The position numbers and the translations under genes were made by a program. Below the pieces are notes generated by a model, which saw only the letters and a program-made list of their open reading frames with translations, was not told the origin of the DNA and searched no databases. A stretch of DNA of 64,000 nt from Ignavibacteriota bacterium (GTDB lineage Bacteria; Bacteroidota; Ignavibacteria; Palsa-1295), in NCBI GenBank assembly GCA_963787835.1, contig CAWBEI010000002.1, positions 1,728,001 to 1,792,000 on the forward strand, given 5' to 3'. Positions 1 through 10,100 of this stretch are shown one piece after another (within the stretch, counting starts at the first letter, position 1; each line of letters opens with the position of its first letter).

Positions 1-83
1 TCGGCGTTATCTCCGCCATTGCGGGCGTGATCAGAAAGTTCTCGAAGTCAAAGCGTAAAGCTTCGGTGAACGGGCGGGGGTAA
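1..83 (+). CDS. 3' end of an upstream gene (partial)
   Basis: Open frame from position 3, GVISAIAGVIRKFSKSKRKASVNGRG, ending in TAA at 81-83. Confidence 0.4.
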   Translation, partial: GVISAIAGVIRKFSKSKRKASVNGRG

Positions 84-96
84 ATTCCGCCGCAGC

Positions 97-190
97 GTAG
101 GTCGGCGCTTCCAGCCCGACATTCCCAGCCCGACGAAGTCCCGTTAGGGAGCGCATATTTGTAGCCCCGGACGTAAGTTCGGGGTTTACG
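97..190. repeat. REP-like palindrome cluster
   Basis: GTAG-GTCGG..CCGAC hairpin, TCCC-GTTA-GGGA, and GTAG-CCCCGGAC-GTAA-GTTCGGGG hairpin. Confidence 0.6.
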
Positions 191-255
191 GTTTTTAGCT
201 GCAACAGTCCCTGAGCAACGACACGAAGAACTCGCAGCATACGGTAGAGAATTCG

Positions 256-263
256 TATCTTTG
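256..263 (+). promoter_or_regulatory. Bacteroidota-type -7 promoter element
   Basis: TATCTTTG matches TAnnTTTG, 45 bp upstream of the ATG at 308. Confidence 0.5.
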
Positions 264-307
264 TATCAATATGTTACTGCTGATTCTGATAACCGGGGGT
301 TGAAATT

Positions 308-2551
308 ATGCCGGACTACGACTTTCACACTTTATCATATGTTGATTTTCAAGTTCTAACTCGTGACTTGCTTCAAGAGGCGCTCGGAGTTCGGTTTCAA
401 GCATTTAAGGCTGGTAAGGATCAGGGGATTGATTTGCTTCACGAAGTAGGACGAGGAAGGCGAATTGTTGTACAATGCAAACATTTCGGTGGCTCAACAT
501 TCCGGTCGCTTCTTACTAGCTTAAAAAAGGAGCTTCCTGAGCTAAATCGTATCAATCCTACACGGTATATTTTATCCGTCTCGCTTCCGCTGAGCCTTAA
601 GAATAAAGAAGCCGTCATAGAGCTTCTCAATCCCTTCATAAAATCGAGTCAGGACATCTTTGGAAGAGACGAATTAAATGGGCTGCTCGCTCAGTACCCC
701 AAGGTTGAGGAATCGCATTTTAAATTATGGATAAGCAGCACAACAGTTCTCAATCAGATCATTCATAGTAAGACTGTTAATGTGACAAATTTCGCGTTGG
801 AGAAAATAATTAGAAGAATTCCACTCTATGTGAGTAATAAGAGCTTTGATGAAGCACGTCTAATACTCGAGCGTTCTCACTCTTGCATAATCGCGGGAAT
901 TCCAGGAATTGGAAAAACTACCCTTGCCGAGATTTTGATAATGCACTATCTTCGAGATGATTATCAGCTCGTTAAAGTGACATCTAATATAGATGAGGCC
1001 ATGGGAATTGGAAGGCAACACGACAAGCAGGTCTTTTATTATGACGATTTTCTCGGACAGACAAGCTTTGAAGAAAAAATTGGGAAATTAGGAAAAAACG
1101 AAGAGCAGGACTTAATTGACTTCATGGAGCATATTCAGCGGTCTCCGACGAAGAGATTCATTCTTACAACGCGTGAGTATATTTTGAACCAAGCCCGTGC
1201 TCATTATGAAAAGCTTCACCGCGATTTTGAAATCGAAAAATGCATCATTGACTTGGAAAGCTACACAAGACTGAATAGGGCACAAATTCTATACAATCAC
1301 GTCTTCTTTTCTAAACTTTCCGCAAAGTATAAGCGCGATCTCTTGAAAGAGGATCGTTATCTGTCGATCATTGACCATCCTAACTACAATCCTCGCATAA
1401 TGGAAATGATGACCATAAGATTTAAGGAGTCTTCCCTCAGGAGTCGAACATACTATAAGAGCTTTAAGATTGCTCTCGATAATCCTGAGAGTATTTGGTC
1501 GGAAGCGTTTGAACATCAAATTAGTGAGCCAGCTAAAGCACTTGTGCTTGTTTTGCTTTCGCTGGGAGGAAGCGAGTCACTCGATAGATTAGCAATGACC
1601 TTCGAAAAATATTACTTGTACCTATCAAACAAGTATAATTTCGAATCTTCATCAATGGATTTTTTAAATGCTCTAAGAGAGCTGGACGGTAGTTTCATAT
1701 CTTCCGAAAAGAATTCTGGCGATACATGGATTTCATATCAAAATCCATCTGTCCAAGATTTCGCGGAGAATTATGTGATAGCGAATCCAGACCATTTTCT
1801 GAATTTGTTTCACTCTGCTACAACTTTTGAACAGCTATACAGACTTTGGAATTTGAGAACCGAAGTGGAAGCGTCTTATCCACTTCCTCTCAAATCGGTT
1901 AGGGAAAAATACATCAAGGAACTCTTCACGCATATTCAAGATGAACACTTTCTAAATTATGAGAGCCGATTGCTGTTCCTCGGTCGAGCGGTCAAAGCTC
2001 TCTATGGAAATCTCGATAAATGGTTCCAACGCATCATGACTGAGATTGATGATTATTCAAAGCAATCTTTTGCGAATGTACCAGCACTCATTAGTTTACT
2101 AGGTCTGATTTATCGGGAAGGGCGCTTCTCTCGCTTAAGACCCAAACTTTTATCGAAGTTAAAAAGAAAAATAATTTCTAATTGCTATGGATTCAAGGAG
2201 TTTGAAGCTCTTGTTGATGCGTCATGGCTTCATCGATTTTTCTTGGATAGGGAATGGAAAGAATTAGGGTTTGGATTTGGAACATACATTGATCAAAGAT
2301 TTGATGAGGATCTTGTAGACGAAGACGATTCTGATAATCTGAAGACATTTGAAATTGATCTGGATCGCATTGCTTCAAGATTTGGCTACGATCCTTCGGC
2401 TCGAACTATTGAAATTCGCAACAAAATTGAAAAGATCGAAGAAAAGGCAAATTCCGAGTCCTCAAAATGGGAACGCGATAAACAATCGGTTGAAGAAATA
2501 GGCGAGGATGATGATATTGCTATAAAAACGCTATTCGCAACATTAGGCTAA
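308..2551 (+). CDS. Mrr-like restriction endonuclease fused to STAND NTPase (nSTAND3-like); probable anti-phage protein
   Basis: N-terminal DQGID..VVQCKH (PD-(D/E)xK, QxK variant); Walker A GIPGIGKT; Walker B YYDDFLG; ILTTRE sensor; AT-rich relative to neighbours. Confidence 0.8.
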   Translation: MPDYDFHTLSYVDFQVLTRDLLQEALGVRFQAFKAGKDQGIDLLHEVGRGRRIVVQCKHFGGSTFRSLLTSLKKELPELNRINPTRYILSVSLPLSLKNKEAVIELLNPFIKSSQDIFGRDELNGLLAQYPKVEESHFKLWISSTTVLNQIIHSKTVNVTNFALEKIIRRIPLYVSNKSFDEARLILERSHSCIIAGIPGIGKTTLAEILIMHYLRDDYQLVKVTSNIDEAMGIGRQHDKQVFYYDDFLGQTSFEEKIGKLGKNEEQDLIDFMEHIQRSPTKRFILTTREYILNQARAHYEKLHRDFEIEKCIIDLESYTRLNRAQILYNHVFFSKLSAKYKRDLLKEDRYLSIIDHPNYNPRIMEMMTIRFKESSLRSRTYYKSFKIALDNPESIWSEAFEHQISEPAKALVLVLLSLGGSESLDRLAMTFEKYYLYLSNKYNFESSSMDFLNALRELDGSFISSEKNSGDTWISYQNPSVQDFAENYVIANPDHFLNLFHSATTFEQLYRLWNLRTEVEASYPLPLKSVREKYIKELFTHIQDEHFLNYESRLLFLGRAVKALYGNLDKWFQRIMTEIDDYSKQSFANVPALISLLGLIYREGRFSRLRPKLLSKLKRKIISNCYGFKEFEALVDASWLHRFFLDREWKELGFGFGTYIDQRFDEDLVDEDDSDNLKTFEIDLDRIASRFGYDPSARTIEIRNKIEKIEEKANSESSKWERDKQSVEEIGEDDDIAIKTLFATLG

Positions 2552-2618
2552 GAAGTTCAATCCTAAAACGTGTTACGTCTGTCCGCTGGCCATTCGAAAA
2601 AGGCATATTATGCGCTCT

Positions 2619-2655
2619 GTCGGGCCGACTACAAATATTTGGCCCGACTGGGGTT
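2619..2655. repeat. REP-like hairpin
   Basis: GTCGGGCC..GGCCCGAC stem enclosing CTACAAATAT, the reverse complement of ATATTTGTAG at 155-164. Confidence 0.55.
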
Positions 2656-2700
2656 GAGAATGATTTCGGTTGAGCGGGGCGTGCAGGGCCTTTGTCATCG

Positions 2701-2708
2701 TATCTTTG
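2701..2708 (+). promoter_or_regulatory. Bacteroidota-type -7 promoter element
   Basis: TATCTTTG ending 4 bp before the ATG at 2713 (near-leaderless). Confidence 0.45.
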
Positions 2709-2712
2709 CATA

Positions 2713-3627
2713 ATGGAAAGCATCACGGAAGTAGCTACATCGGAAGATCGCACAGCGTTGGAGGATCAGTCATCCTTCCGCACGTGCCCGGATTGCGGGT
2801 GGAGTGGGGCTGGAAACTACTGCGCGAACTGCGGTGAGGAGATGGAGCCGCGCGTAATGCGCATTCGGCACTACATTCGGGATGTGTTTCAGGAGCTGCT
2901 TTCGCTCGATTCGAAATTCCTGCATTCGATCCCGGCCTTGTTATTTCGTCCGGGATTTTTAGCTGCGGAGTTCACGGCTGGCCGCCGCAAGCGGTATCTT
3001 TCGCCGCTGCGATTGCATATTATCATCGCGATCCTGATGTTCCTTTCGCTCAGCTACATGATGCGAACGCGAATGGAAACCCAGTTAAACGATGTACACA
3101 AGCGGCAGACGATCGATAGCGTGCTTTCTGTCGCCAGACAACAAAACGCCCAGAAAGGTGACGCTAGCAAAGTCCCGACCCTTAACGAGATCAAGCAAGC
3201 GTCGGAATATGTTCAGGGCATGGTAACGGAAATAGGTCCGTATGTCCTATTGTTAAGTTCCACTCCGGTCTTTGCGCTATTTCTTGCGCTTCTCTACCGA
3301 AAGCGTAAAAAGCTGTTTGTGGAGCACCTGATGTTTTCGCTGTATTTCTTTTCCTTCGCGTATCTTATCCTGATACCACCGATCCTCTGGCTGCATAACA
3401 TTTTATTCCCTGTCAGCGGAATAGTTCTTTGTGTGTATCTCTACTTTGCCATTCGTCGGTTCTACACGGACCGAGGTTTCGCGCTGGTGCTTCGCAGCGT
3501 GGCTTGCGTGGTATCCTGCGCGTTCATCGGCATGTTTGCATTCGGGCTCAGTTATCTTATCGCCGTGGGAATAGGCGTTGCCTTTGGCAATATTCCGAAC
3601 AATTTGCAGGGGTCGATCCATATTTAG
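2713..3627 (+). CDS. DUF3667-family membrane protein with N-terminal zinc ribbon
   Basis: CPDCG..YCANCGE; LLFRPGFL..GRRKRYLSPLRL; EHL.FSL; several TM segments. Confidence 0.8.
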   Translation: MESITEVATSEDRTALEDQSSFRTCPDCGWSGAGNYCANCGEEMEPRVMRIRHYIRDVFQELLSLDSKFLHSIPALLFRPGFLAAEFTAGRRKRYLSPLRLHIIIAILMFLSLSYMMRTRMETQLNDVHKRQTIDSVLSVARQQNAQKGDASKVPTLNEIKQASEYVQGMVTEIGPYVLLLSSTPVFALFLALLYRKRKKLFVEHLMFSLYFFSFAYLILIPPILWLHNILFPVSGIVLCVYLYFAIRRFYTDRGFALVLRSVACVVSCAFIGMFAFGLSYLIAVGIGVAFGNIPNNLQGSIHI

Positions 3628-3635
3628 GATTCATG

Positions 3636-3700
3636 GGTCCTGCCGAGCCTGGTCGTGCAGGAAGCGCCGACCCCCAGTCAAGCTGAGGGCAGGCTCTACG
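3636..3700 (-). repeat. REP-like hairpin element
   Basis: Minus strand starts GTAG; nested CCTGCC/GGCAGG and GGTCG/CGACC stems; shares GGTCGGCGCTTCC with 100-112 in inverted orientation. Confidence 0.5.
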
Positions 3701-3729
3701 TGACAAACCGAATTTCGTGGCTACCCCAA

Positions 3730-3979
3730 AAATTGTCGTATATTAGTGATTGCTTTGATGGGCACCTATCCTGGGAAAAGATGAAATATGAAGTATGAAA
3801 GATGAAATGGGGCGCATCGTCGGCGATGCTTGGTGCTGATGTTCATTGAAAATCGAGGTCGTCGGTAGCTTTCGCTATGAACGAGTTCTTCGTGAAAAGA
3901 ATTTGTTGGGACAAATGGCGAAATCAGCCTGGAAACGAGGGTGGTCGGGAACTCTGCAAGAAAAAGAAATGGCACCTAT
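3730..3979 (+). repeat. Dispersed non-coding repeat, copy A (candidate structured RNA)
   Basis: Homologous to the reverse complement of 32578-32891: promoter-like motif, GGCACC, heptamer run, GTTCATTGA motif and ~115-nt core. Confidence 0.8.
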
Positions 3980-4002
3980 TTTTTAGAGAAAAGTATTTTG
4001 GC

Positions 4003-4677
4003 TTATTCCAACAGATCCGGCCGGCGTTGTTCGGTGCGGCGGGTGGATTCTTCGTGACGGTAAATATCGATCTTTTTATGATCGCCGCTGAGGAGAATTT
4101 CGGGGACGTGCATTCCTTCGAATTCGGCGGGACGGGTGTAGGCCGGGGCATCGAGCAAGCCATTTTGGAAGGAATCCATGAGGGCGCTTTCGGAGTCGTG
4201 CATGGCTCCGGGGAGCAGGCGCACGATGGCATCTACGAGGACACATGCGGGAAGTTCCCCGCCGGTGAGCACGTAATCGCCAATGGAAATTTCTTTGGTG
4301 ATCCACCGCTCGCGGACACGCTCATCCACGCCTTTGTAATGACCGCAAAGAATGAGCAGGTTATTGTTCATTGAAAGCTGATTGGCCATAGGCTGCGAGA
4401 ACCGCTCGCCATCGGGCGTCATGAAGATACGCTCGTCGTAATCACGCTCGGCGGTGAGTTTATGGAACAGGGCGAACAGCGGCTCGGGTTTGAGGACCAT
4501 TCCAGCTCCGCCGCCGAAGGGTTCATCATCGATCTGATGATATTTTCCCAAGCCATATTCGCGCAGATCGTGAAGGACGATCTCGATCACGCCATTTTCG
4601 CGAGCCCGCTTTACGATGCTTTCGGAAAGGGGACTTTCGAGAATTTTAGGAACGGCGGATATAATATCGATGCGCAT
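4003..4677 (-). CDS. trmD: tRNA (guanine37-N1)-methyltransferase
   Basis: [38 protein letters not shown]. Confidence 0.97.
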   Translation of the reverse strand: MRIDIISAVPKILESPLSESIVKRARENGVIEIVLHDLREYGLGKYHQIDDEPFGGGAGMVLKPEPLFALFHKLTAERDYDERIFMTPDGERFSQPMANQLSMNNNLLILCGHYKGVDERVRERWITKEISIGDYVLTGGELPACVLVDAIVRLLPGAMHDSESALMDSFQNGLLDAPAYTRPAEFEGMHVPEILLSGDHKKIDIYRHEESTRRTEQRRPDLLE

Positions 4678-4737
4678 GGGACATATTACAGAGCACTCGG
4701 CGAAATGGTTTAGCGATTCTGTTAGTTTTACGGCCTA

Positions 4738-6150
4738 ATGCGATCACACCAACGTACGGTTTCCAGCATTTCCAAGTTCGAAGGCACCGGCCTTCACACT
4801 GGAAATACCAGCAGTATTGAATTTCATCCGGCTCCGGAGAATTACGGCATTCGGTTCGTCCGCAGCGATCTGGCGGGTTCGCCGGAAGTGCCGGCGTTGG
4901 TCGATTTTGTCAGCGATATTTCTCGCGGGACGACGCTTTCGCTTAATGGCGCCAGCGTCCACACTGTGGAGCATGTTCTGGCCGCTGTCGTCGGGCTGGA
5001 GATCGATAACGTCAGAATTGAACTAACCGCCAACGAGCCGCCGATAGGGGATGGAAGTTCGAAGCCCTACGTAGAGGCGCTTCAGGCTGCCGGGGTTACC
5101 GATCAGGCAGCACCCAGGAAATATCTCGTCATTGATGAGACGGTTTCCTACCGTAACGAGGCACATGGTGTCGAGATCGTGGCTCTTCCGCTTCCAGATG
5201 ATTACCGCGTGACGGTAATGGTCGATTACAATAATGCGGCGTTGGGCAGTCAGCACACAGGTCTTTTTTCTTTAGAAAAGGAATTTGTCACCGAATTTTC
5301 GAACGCCAGGACGTTTTGCTTTTTACATGAAGTGGAGGAACTCCGCGACCGAGGGTTGATCCGAGGTGGAAATTTAGATAACGCGATCGTTATTGTAGAT
5401 CGCGAGCTATCCGCCGCCGAAATGACGGATCTTGCCGGAAAGTTGGGGATTAGCGGAAGTGTCGTCCTTGGGACAAACGGAATTCTCAATAATAGAAATT
5501 TACGGTATAAAAATGAACCGGCTCGCCATAAGCTGCTCGATTTGCTTGGTGACTTAGCGCTCGTTGGTGCGCCGATGCAGGCCCAGATCCTTGCGGCTCG
5601 GCCCGGACATGCCTCGAATGTAGAATTCGCCCGCAAGCTCCGAAAGCTGAACGAGAAGAAAGTATTCGTTCAAAAATATAATCCTTCAGCAAAACGGGAT
5701 TTCCTGTTCGACATCAATGCCATCGAGCGCATTATGCCACACCGGTATCCGATGCTGCTCGTCGATCGCATTTTGGAGATGGATCTCACGGAAGGGCAGG
5801 AGCGAATCCTGGGGCTCAAGAATGTGACGTACAACGAGCCATTTTTTATGGGTCATTTCCCGGGTAAACCTGTCATGCCAGGAGTACTCCAACTGGAAGC
5901 CATGGCTCAAACCGGCGGGATGCTTCTGCTGAACTCAATCAAAGATCCAGATAAGAAGCTGATCCTTTTCATGGCGATCGACAAAGCAAAATTTCGCAAG
6001 CCAGTCGTGCCGGGAGATCAGGTTCTCTTCGAACTTCGCATGATACGCAAGCGAGGTAAGACGTTTGTCATGGCTGGAGAAGCGAAGGTAGAAGGACAGC
6101 TCGTTGCCGAAGCGGAATTCATGGCCGCGATCGTTGATAGAGAGTCCTGA
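4738..6150 (+). CDS. lpxC-fabZ: Bifunctional UDP-3-O-acyl-GlcNAc deacetylase / 3-hydroxyacyl-ACP dehydratase
   Basis: GTGLHTG, TVEHVLA, HKLLDLLGD (LpxC); PHRYP.LLVD, GHFPGKPVMPGVL..EAMAQ (FabZ). Confidence 0.97.
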   Translation: MRSHQRTVSSISKFEGTGLHTGNTSSIEFHPAPENYGIRFVRSDLAGSPEVPALVDFVSDISRGTTLSLNGASVHTVEHVLAAVVGLEIDNVRIELTANEPPIGDGSSKPYVEALQAAGVTDQAAPRKYLVIDETVSYRNEAHGVEIVALPLPDDYRVTVMVDYNNAALGSQHTGLFSLEKEFVTEFSNARTFCFLHEVEELRDRGLIRGGNLDNAIVIVDRELSAAEMTDLAGKLGISGSVVLGTNGILNNRNLRYKNEPARHKLLDLLGDLALVGAPMQAQILAARPGHASNVEFARKLRKLNEKKVFVQKYNPSAKRDFLFDINAIERIMPHRYPMLLVDRILEMDLTEGQERILGLKNVTYNEPFFMGHFPGKPVMPGVLQLEAMAQTGGMLLLNSIKDPDKKLILFMAIDKAKFRKPVVPGDQVLFELRMIRKRGKTFVMAGEAKVEGQLVAEAEFMAAIVDRES

Positions 6151-6190
6151 CCGAACAAGTTTTTACATTACGCCAATAAACCTTAGTTGA

Positions 6191-7006
6191 ATGGCTATTA
6201 CAATTCATCCTACAGCGATCGTTGATCCTCGTGCCGAATTGGCCGATGGCGTCGAGATCGGACCCTACGCGATCGTCGAAGGCGACGTGCATATCGGGCA
6301 AGGCAGCCACATCCATCATCATGCCTTCATCGGTACCGGTGCACGCATCGGCGAACGATGCCAGATCCACCATGCTGCCGTTGTTTCCAACGTCCCGCAA
6401 GATCTGAAATTCAAGGGAACTGAAAAAACGTACGTGGAGCTTGGCAATGATAGCGTCATTCGCGAATTCGCTACACTCCATCGAGCGACCATTCACGATT
6501 ACGATACGAATGCCGGCACGAAAGACGGCGTGACTCGCGTCGGAGCCAATTGCCTTATCATGGCATACTCCCATGTAGCCCACGATTGTTTTATCGGCGA
6601 TGGAGTGATCCTCTCAAATGCCACGCAGCTTGCTGGCCATGTCACCGTTGATAAATGGACGACCGTTGGCGGTGGGTGCCTTGTGCATCAATTTTGTCTG
6701 ATCGGAATGCTCTGTATGGTCGGCGGTGGAGCTGAAGTTCGCAAGGACGTGCCGCCATTTGCTCTGGTCGGTGGCGGGGAGGCGAAGTTCAGTGGAATCA
6801 ACCGGATCGGGCTTCAGCGTCGTGGCAAGGATGCCTTTGTGCTTCAAGCGATCAAGTCTGTGTATTTCACGCTTTATAATTCGGGACTCAATGTATCCGA
6901 TGCTGTGAAGTCGATAGCCAATGGTCCCGATGCATCACTTCCGGAAGTACAGGAGATCCTGAAGTTTATCTCTCTCTCGAAACGCGGTATCATCGGGGCA
7001 GCTTAG
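6191..7006 (+). CDS. lpxA: UDP-GlcNAc O-acyltransferase
   Basis: IHPTAIV, PQDLKF, AHDC, GHV, HQF; hexapeptide repeats; follows lpxC-fabZ. Confidence 0.95.
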   Translation: MAITIHPTAIVDPRAELADGVEIGPYAIVEGDVHIGQGSHIHHHAFIGTGARIGERCQIHHAAVVSNVPQDLKFKGTEKTYVELGNDSVIREFATLHRATIHDYDTNAGTKDGVTRVGANCLIMAYSHVAHDCFIGDGVILSNATQLAGHVTVDKWTTVGGGCLVHQFCLIGMLCMVGGGAEVRKDVPPFALVGGGEAKFSGINRIGLQRRGKDAFVLQAIKSVYFTLYNSGLNVSDAVKSIANGPDASLPEVQEILKFISLSKRGIIGAA

Positions 7007-7059
7007 TTTTATGACACCTCTCATAAGAGCGTTAATCCATAATCTAATTTTTCCACAAT

Positions 7060-7092
7060 AAAAAAGCCCTCGCTGTTTAGCGAGGGCTTTTT
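7060..7092. terminator. Bidirectional intrinsic terminator
   Basis: AAAAAAGCCCTCGCT-GTTT-AGCGAGGGCTTTTT between convergent genes. Confidence 0.9.
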
Positions 7093-7111
7093 GCTATAAG
7101 CTTAGGAGTAA

Positions 7112-10100
7112 TTACTTACTCACCGTTACTTTGATCGTCGAGGAATTTTCACCGGCGATAAGTTTGCAGATGTAAGATCCCGAGGAAACAGCCGTTCCAC
7201 GGTCATCAGCGCCATCCCAGCGAACGGTATGGAATCCCTGACCGAGATCGCCATTGACGAGCGTCTTAACAACTTCACCAAGCTGATTATAGATCACGAG
7301 CGAACCGGAAGCATCAACGGGAACCGTGAAGCTGAATTCCGTAGATCCCAAAACAGGAGTGAACGGATTCGGATAGTTCTGCTCGAGCACGAAATCATTC
7401 GGTGCATCGATCTCAAGTTGAATCTCATTGGAGAGATGCTGCGCACCATTGACATCTGTCTGAAGCAGGCGGTAGGTGTAGGTGCCCGGCTTAACATTCT
7501 GATCGACGTAGCCGTATCCGGTTTCGGTCGAAGAGTTTGTTTCTTTGGCAGCAACATATCCGATATTCTCGAAGATATCATTAGAAGCTGCGAGCTTGCG
7601 TTGCACACTGAAACCAGTATTATTGACCTCGTTTGCAGTCGCCCACGTAAGCAGAGCCGCACCATTTTGCTGCTCGCCCTTGAGATAGAGCAATTGAACT
7701 GGCAATATGCCTTGCTCGCTCACCATGGCTCGAATCGAGGGGGTGTAGCTTCCAGCGCCGTAATAGTATGCGCCATTACCTCCGGAAGTTGTCCACGCCA
7801 AGATCGACGACCAAGGAATGCCGACATACGTATTCGTTGGCCACCAACCGATCGATGGAGTCCATTGTGCCCATCCACCGCTTCCGGCAGTAGCTTCAAC
7901 GGCCCATGCGCAACTGATATCGCCATCATTATTGGAACGGCTCCATTGTGTGCCATAGGGGTCATCATTAGCTGGCTCGATATCCGGTGAAATGTAGAAT
8001 GGATCCCATTCGCGAATGATGCCACCTCCACGAGAACAATCCGTGCCCAATGACATATTTTCCAACCCTAACTGGCTGACCGATGCCCAGTAAACGCCCT
8101 TCGAAGCACCATTGCTCGCCAACACGATAGGTTGCGGGAAAAGGTAGGATACGAATTGGTCGAAGCTGGGACCGCGTGTAGCTGCCACCGTTGCCTGAAC
8201 ACCTTCTTGCTCAAGGGTGTCGCCAGGAGTGCAGGAACCGGGTTCGCCAGAAAGTAAGCTAAGTCGGATCGCGTCTGGAGATTGATTTGCATCCCCAAAG
8301 TATGCTCGAATTCCGTAGAAGGTATCCTGAGTAGAAAGGGTAAACTTCATTGCGAAGCTGCCGCTTGTATTAACGAAGCCCACGCCTTCGCCTGTGATTT
8401 GCACGAGACCCGGCCAGTCATTACCCGAATTCAGCCCCGGATCCAGACCGGCAGCATCATAGGCAAATTCCTGTACTCCACCATTCGAGTTATTATCATC
8501 TACATTAAGAGCGAACAGAGTGTACGTTCCAGTGATGTTCGAAGGTGACGAGAAATTCGCCTGATCGAGCCATGCATCCACAGTGAAAATCGCGCTACTA
8601 CCGACGCCAGCATCCTGGGCATTCCAGTTCGGCAACTTGATGACCGTATCGGTTCCGCCATTGAGAGAATTTACCACAACAGCTTGCCAGTAAACGGTAT
8701 GACCGTTCGGATCGAGAATTTGCACTCGGATCGGAAATGCGATCTCAACATCCGTTGCCAAATTTGCGATCTTTACATAGACAGGAAGCGAGATAGCTTC
8801 TGATGCGGGAATCTTGGTGTACGGATTTACAACGCGCACCCACATGACCTCAATTTCAGGTTTGAGTGGCACGAGTACGGTCGGATTATCCACGAACCAA
8901 GGATCGTTGTCATCAGAGGGTGGTGGGATAGGAGGAGCGTCATTCTTAGACTTGAGTCTAAGTCGGAACCGGAAATCTGCAGTGAAGTAATTCGCATAAT
9001 TTTTCGCGGTTGTTGAAGATATTCCATCGATGTTTATCAGTCCTGTTTTCAAGTTCATGAAGAATTTTTTGAACTCAAAATCACGACCACCGTCGATTGC
9101 GGCAATCGGTGCCCAGGAACTGGCGGCGGGATTGCAACCGGGCTGGCTTGGTGCTTTGAAATTCGAGGAGAAGAGAATCGCCTTTCCGAAGCACGGAACC
9201 ATCGTTGACGTTAAGAACCGTCCATTCGGGTCCATACATGGAACCGGCATCCCAGGGGAATTGGAAGAAACCAAGGAATTTACCGGATCGCTGGAAGTCG
9301 AATGTCAAATTCGCAGTGGGTTTCCCCTGCAAATTGATCGGAAAGCTCACGAGGGTATCTCCGGTGTTCGAGGCACCGTAGGGAAGTCCGTTAACGTCTT
9401 CGTTGTCCAGCTGAATGACTGGAGAGACATACCCATCAGGGCCATCGCCTACACCGTCATTGTAGCGTGGTGGCGGAGGATCCCACGTGTAGGTCTCACC
9501 GTCAAGAACCGTCGCACCAAGAGAAACCCATAAGGTCTGATCGGGGATATCGGCCGTGACGGTCTTGCTATAGTTATCCGAAGGATCGAAGAATGGAACC
9601 GATGTGCGGCGAATTCCGAATACGCTGGTGCAGACGGTGTCATCGAATGGCCATTGATCTCCAATGTTGACATCGGCGGTATCGTAAGTGGTCGCAATGG
9701 CGCACGCATTAAAAGTCCCAAGCTCGCTGATAATGTTCGGATTGGTAGTGTACGGTGCAAACGTAGTATCTACGGTGGCACCAGGCAATACGCCGACGAG
9801 CGATACAACGCGGCTATACACTGCAATGCCTGTAACGGAATTGCGAATGGTGAAACGGCACTTGAACGTGTTCGTATTCACGGCATCGACGTTCTTGAAC
9901 GAAGCCTTAGGCGTAATAGACCCACCGAGGCAAATTTCATAATTCCTCGTTGGGAAGTCAACAGTCAGAGCGCGGACCTTATCAATCCACCGCTTGTACT
10001 TGATGGACCATTGCTTATCTTGGTTCCAGGACTGATTGCACGTCTTACAGGTTTTATTAACAGCTTCCCATCCACCGGCTCCGCTTGTACCCGTGCCGCC

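Noticed and set aside
3636-3700. Possible SRP (4.5S) RNA because of a long hairpin containing AGGAAGC
   Set aside because: It lacks the CAGG..GRAA..AGCA domain IV arrangement, shares a 13-mer with the REP at 100-112, and starts with GTAG on the minus strand.
3864-3977. Possible c-di-GMP-I riboswitch (GGCGAAA..GAAA stem)
   Set aside because: There is no GACGCAAAG-type junction or second receptor stem, and copy A is not upstream of a co-oriented gene.
3877-4374. 165-aa plus-strand ORF starting in repeat copy A
   Set aside because: It is mostly antisense to trmD, and the frame is broken by stops in copy B.
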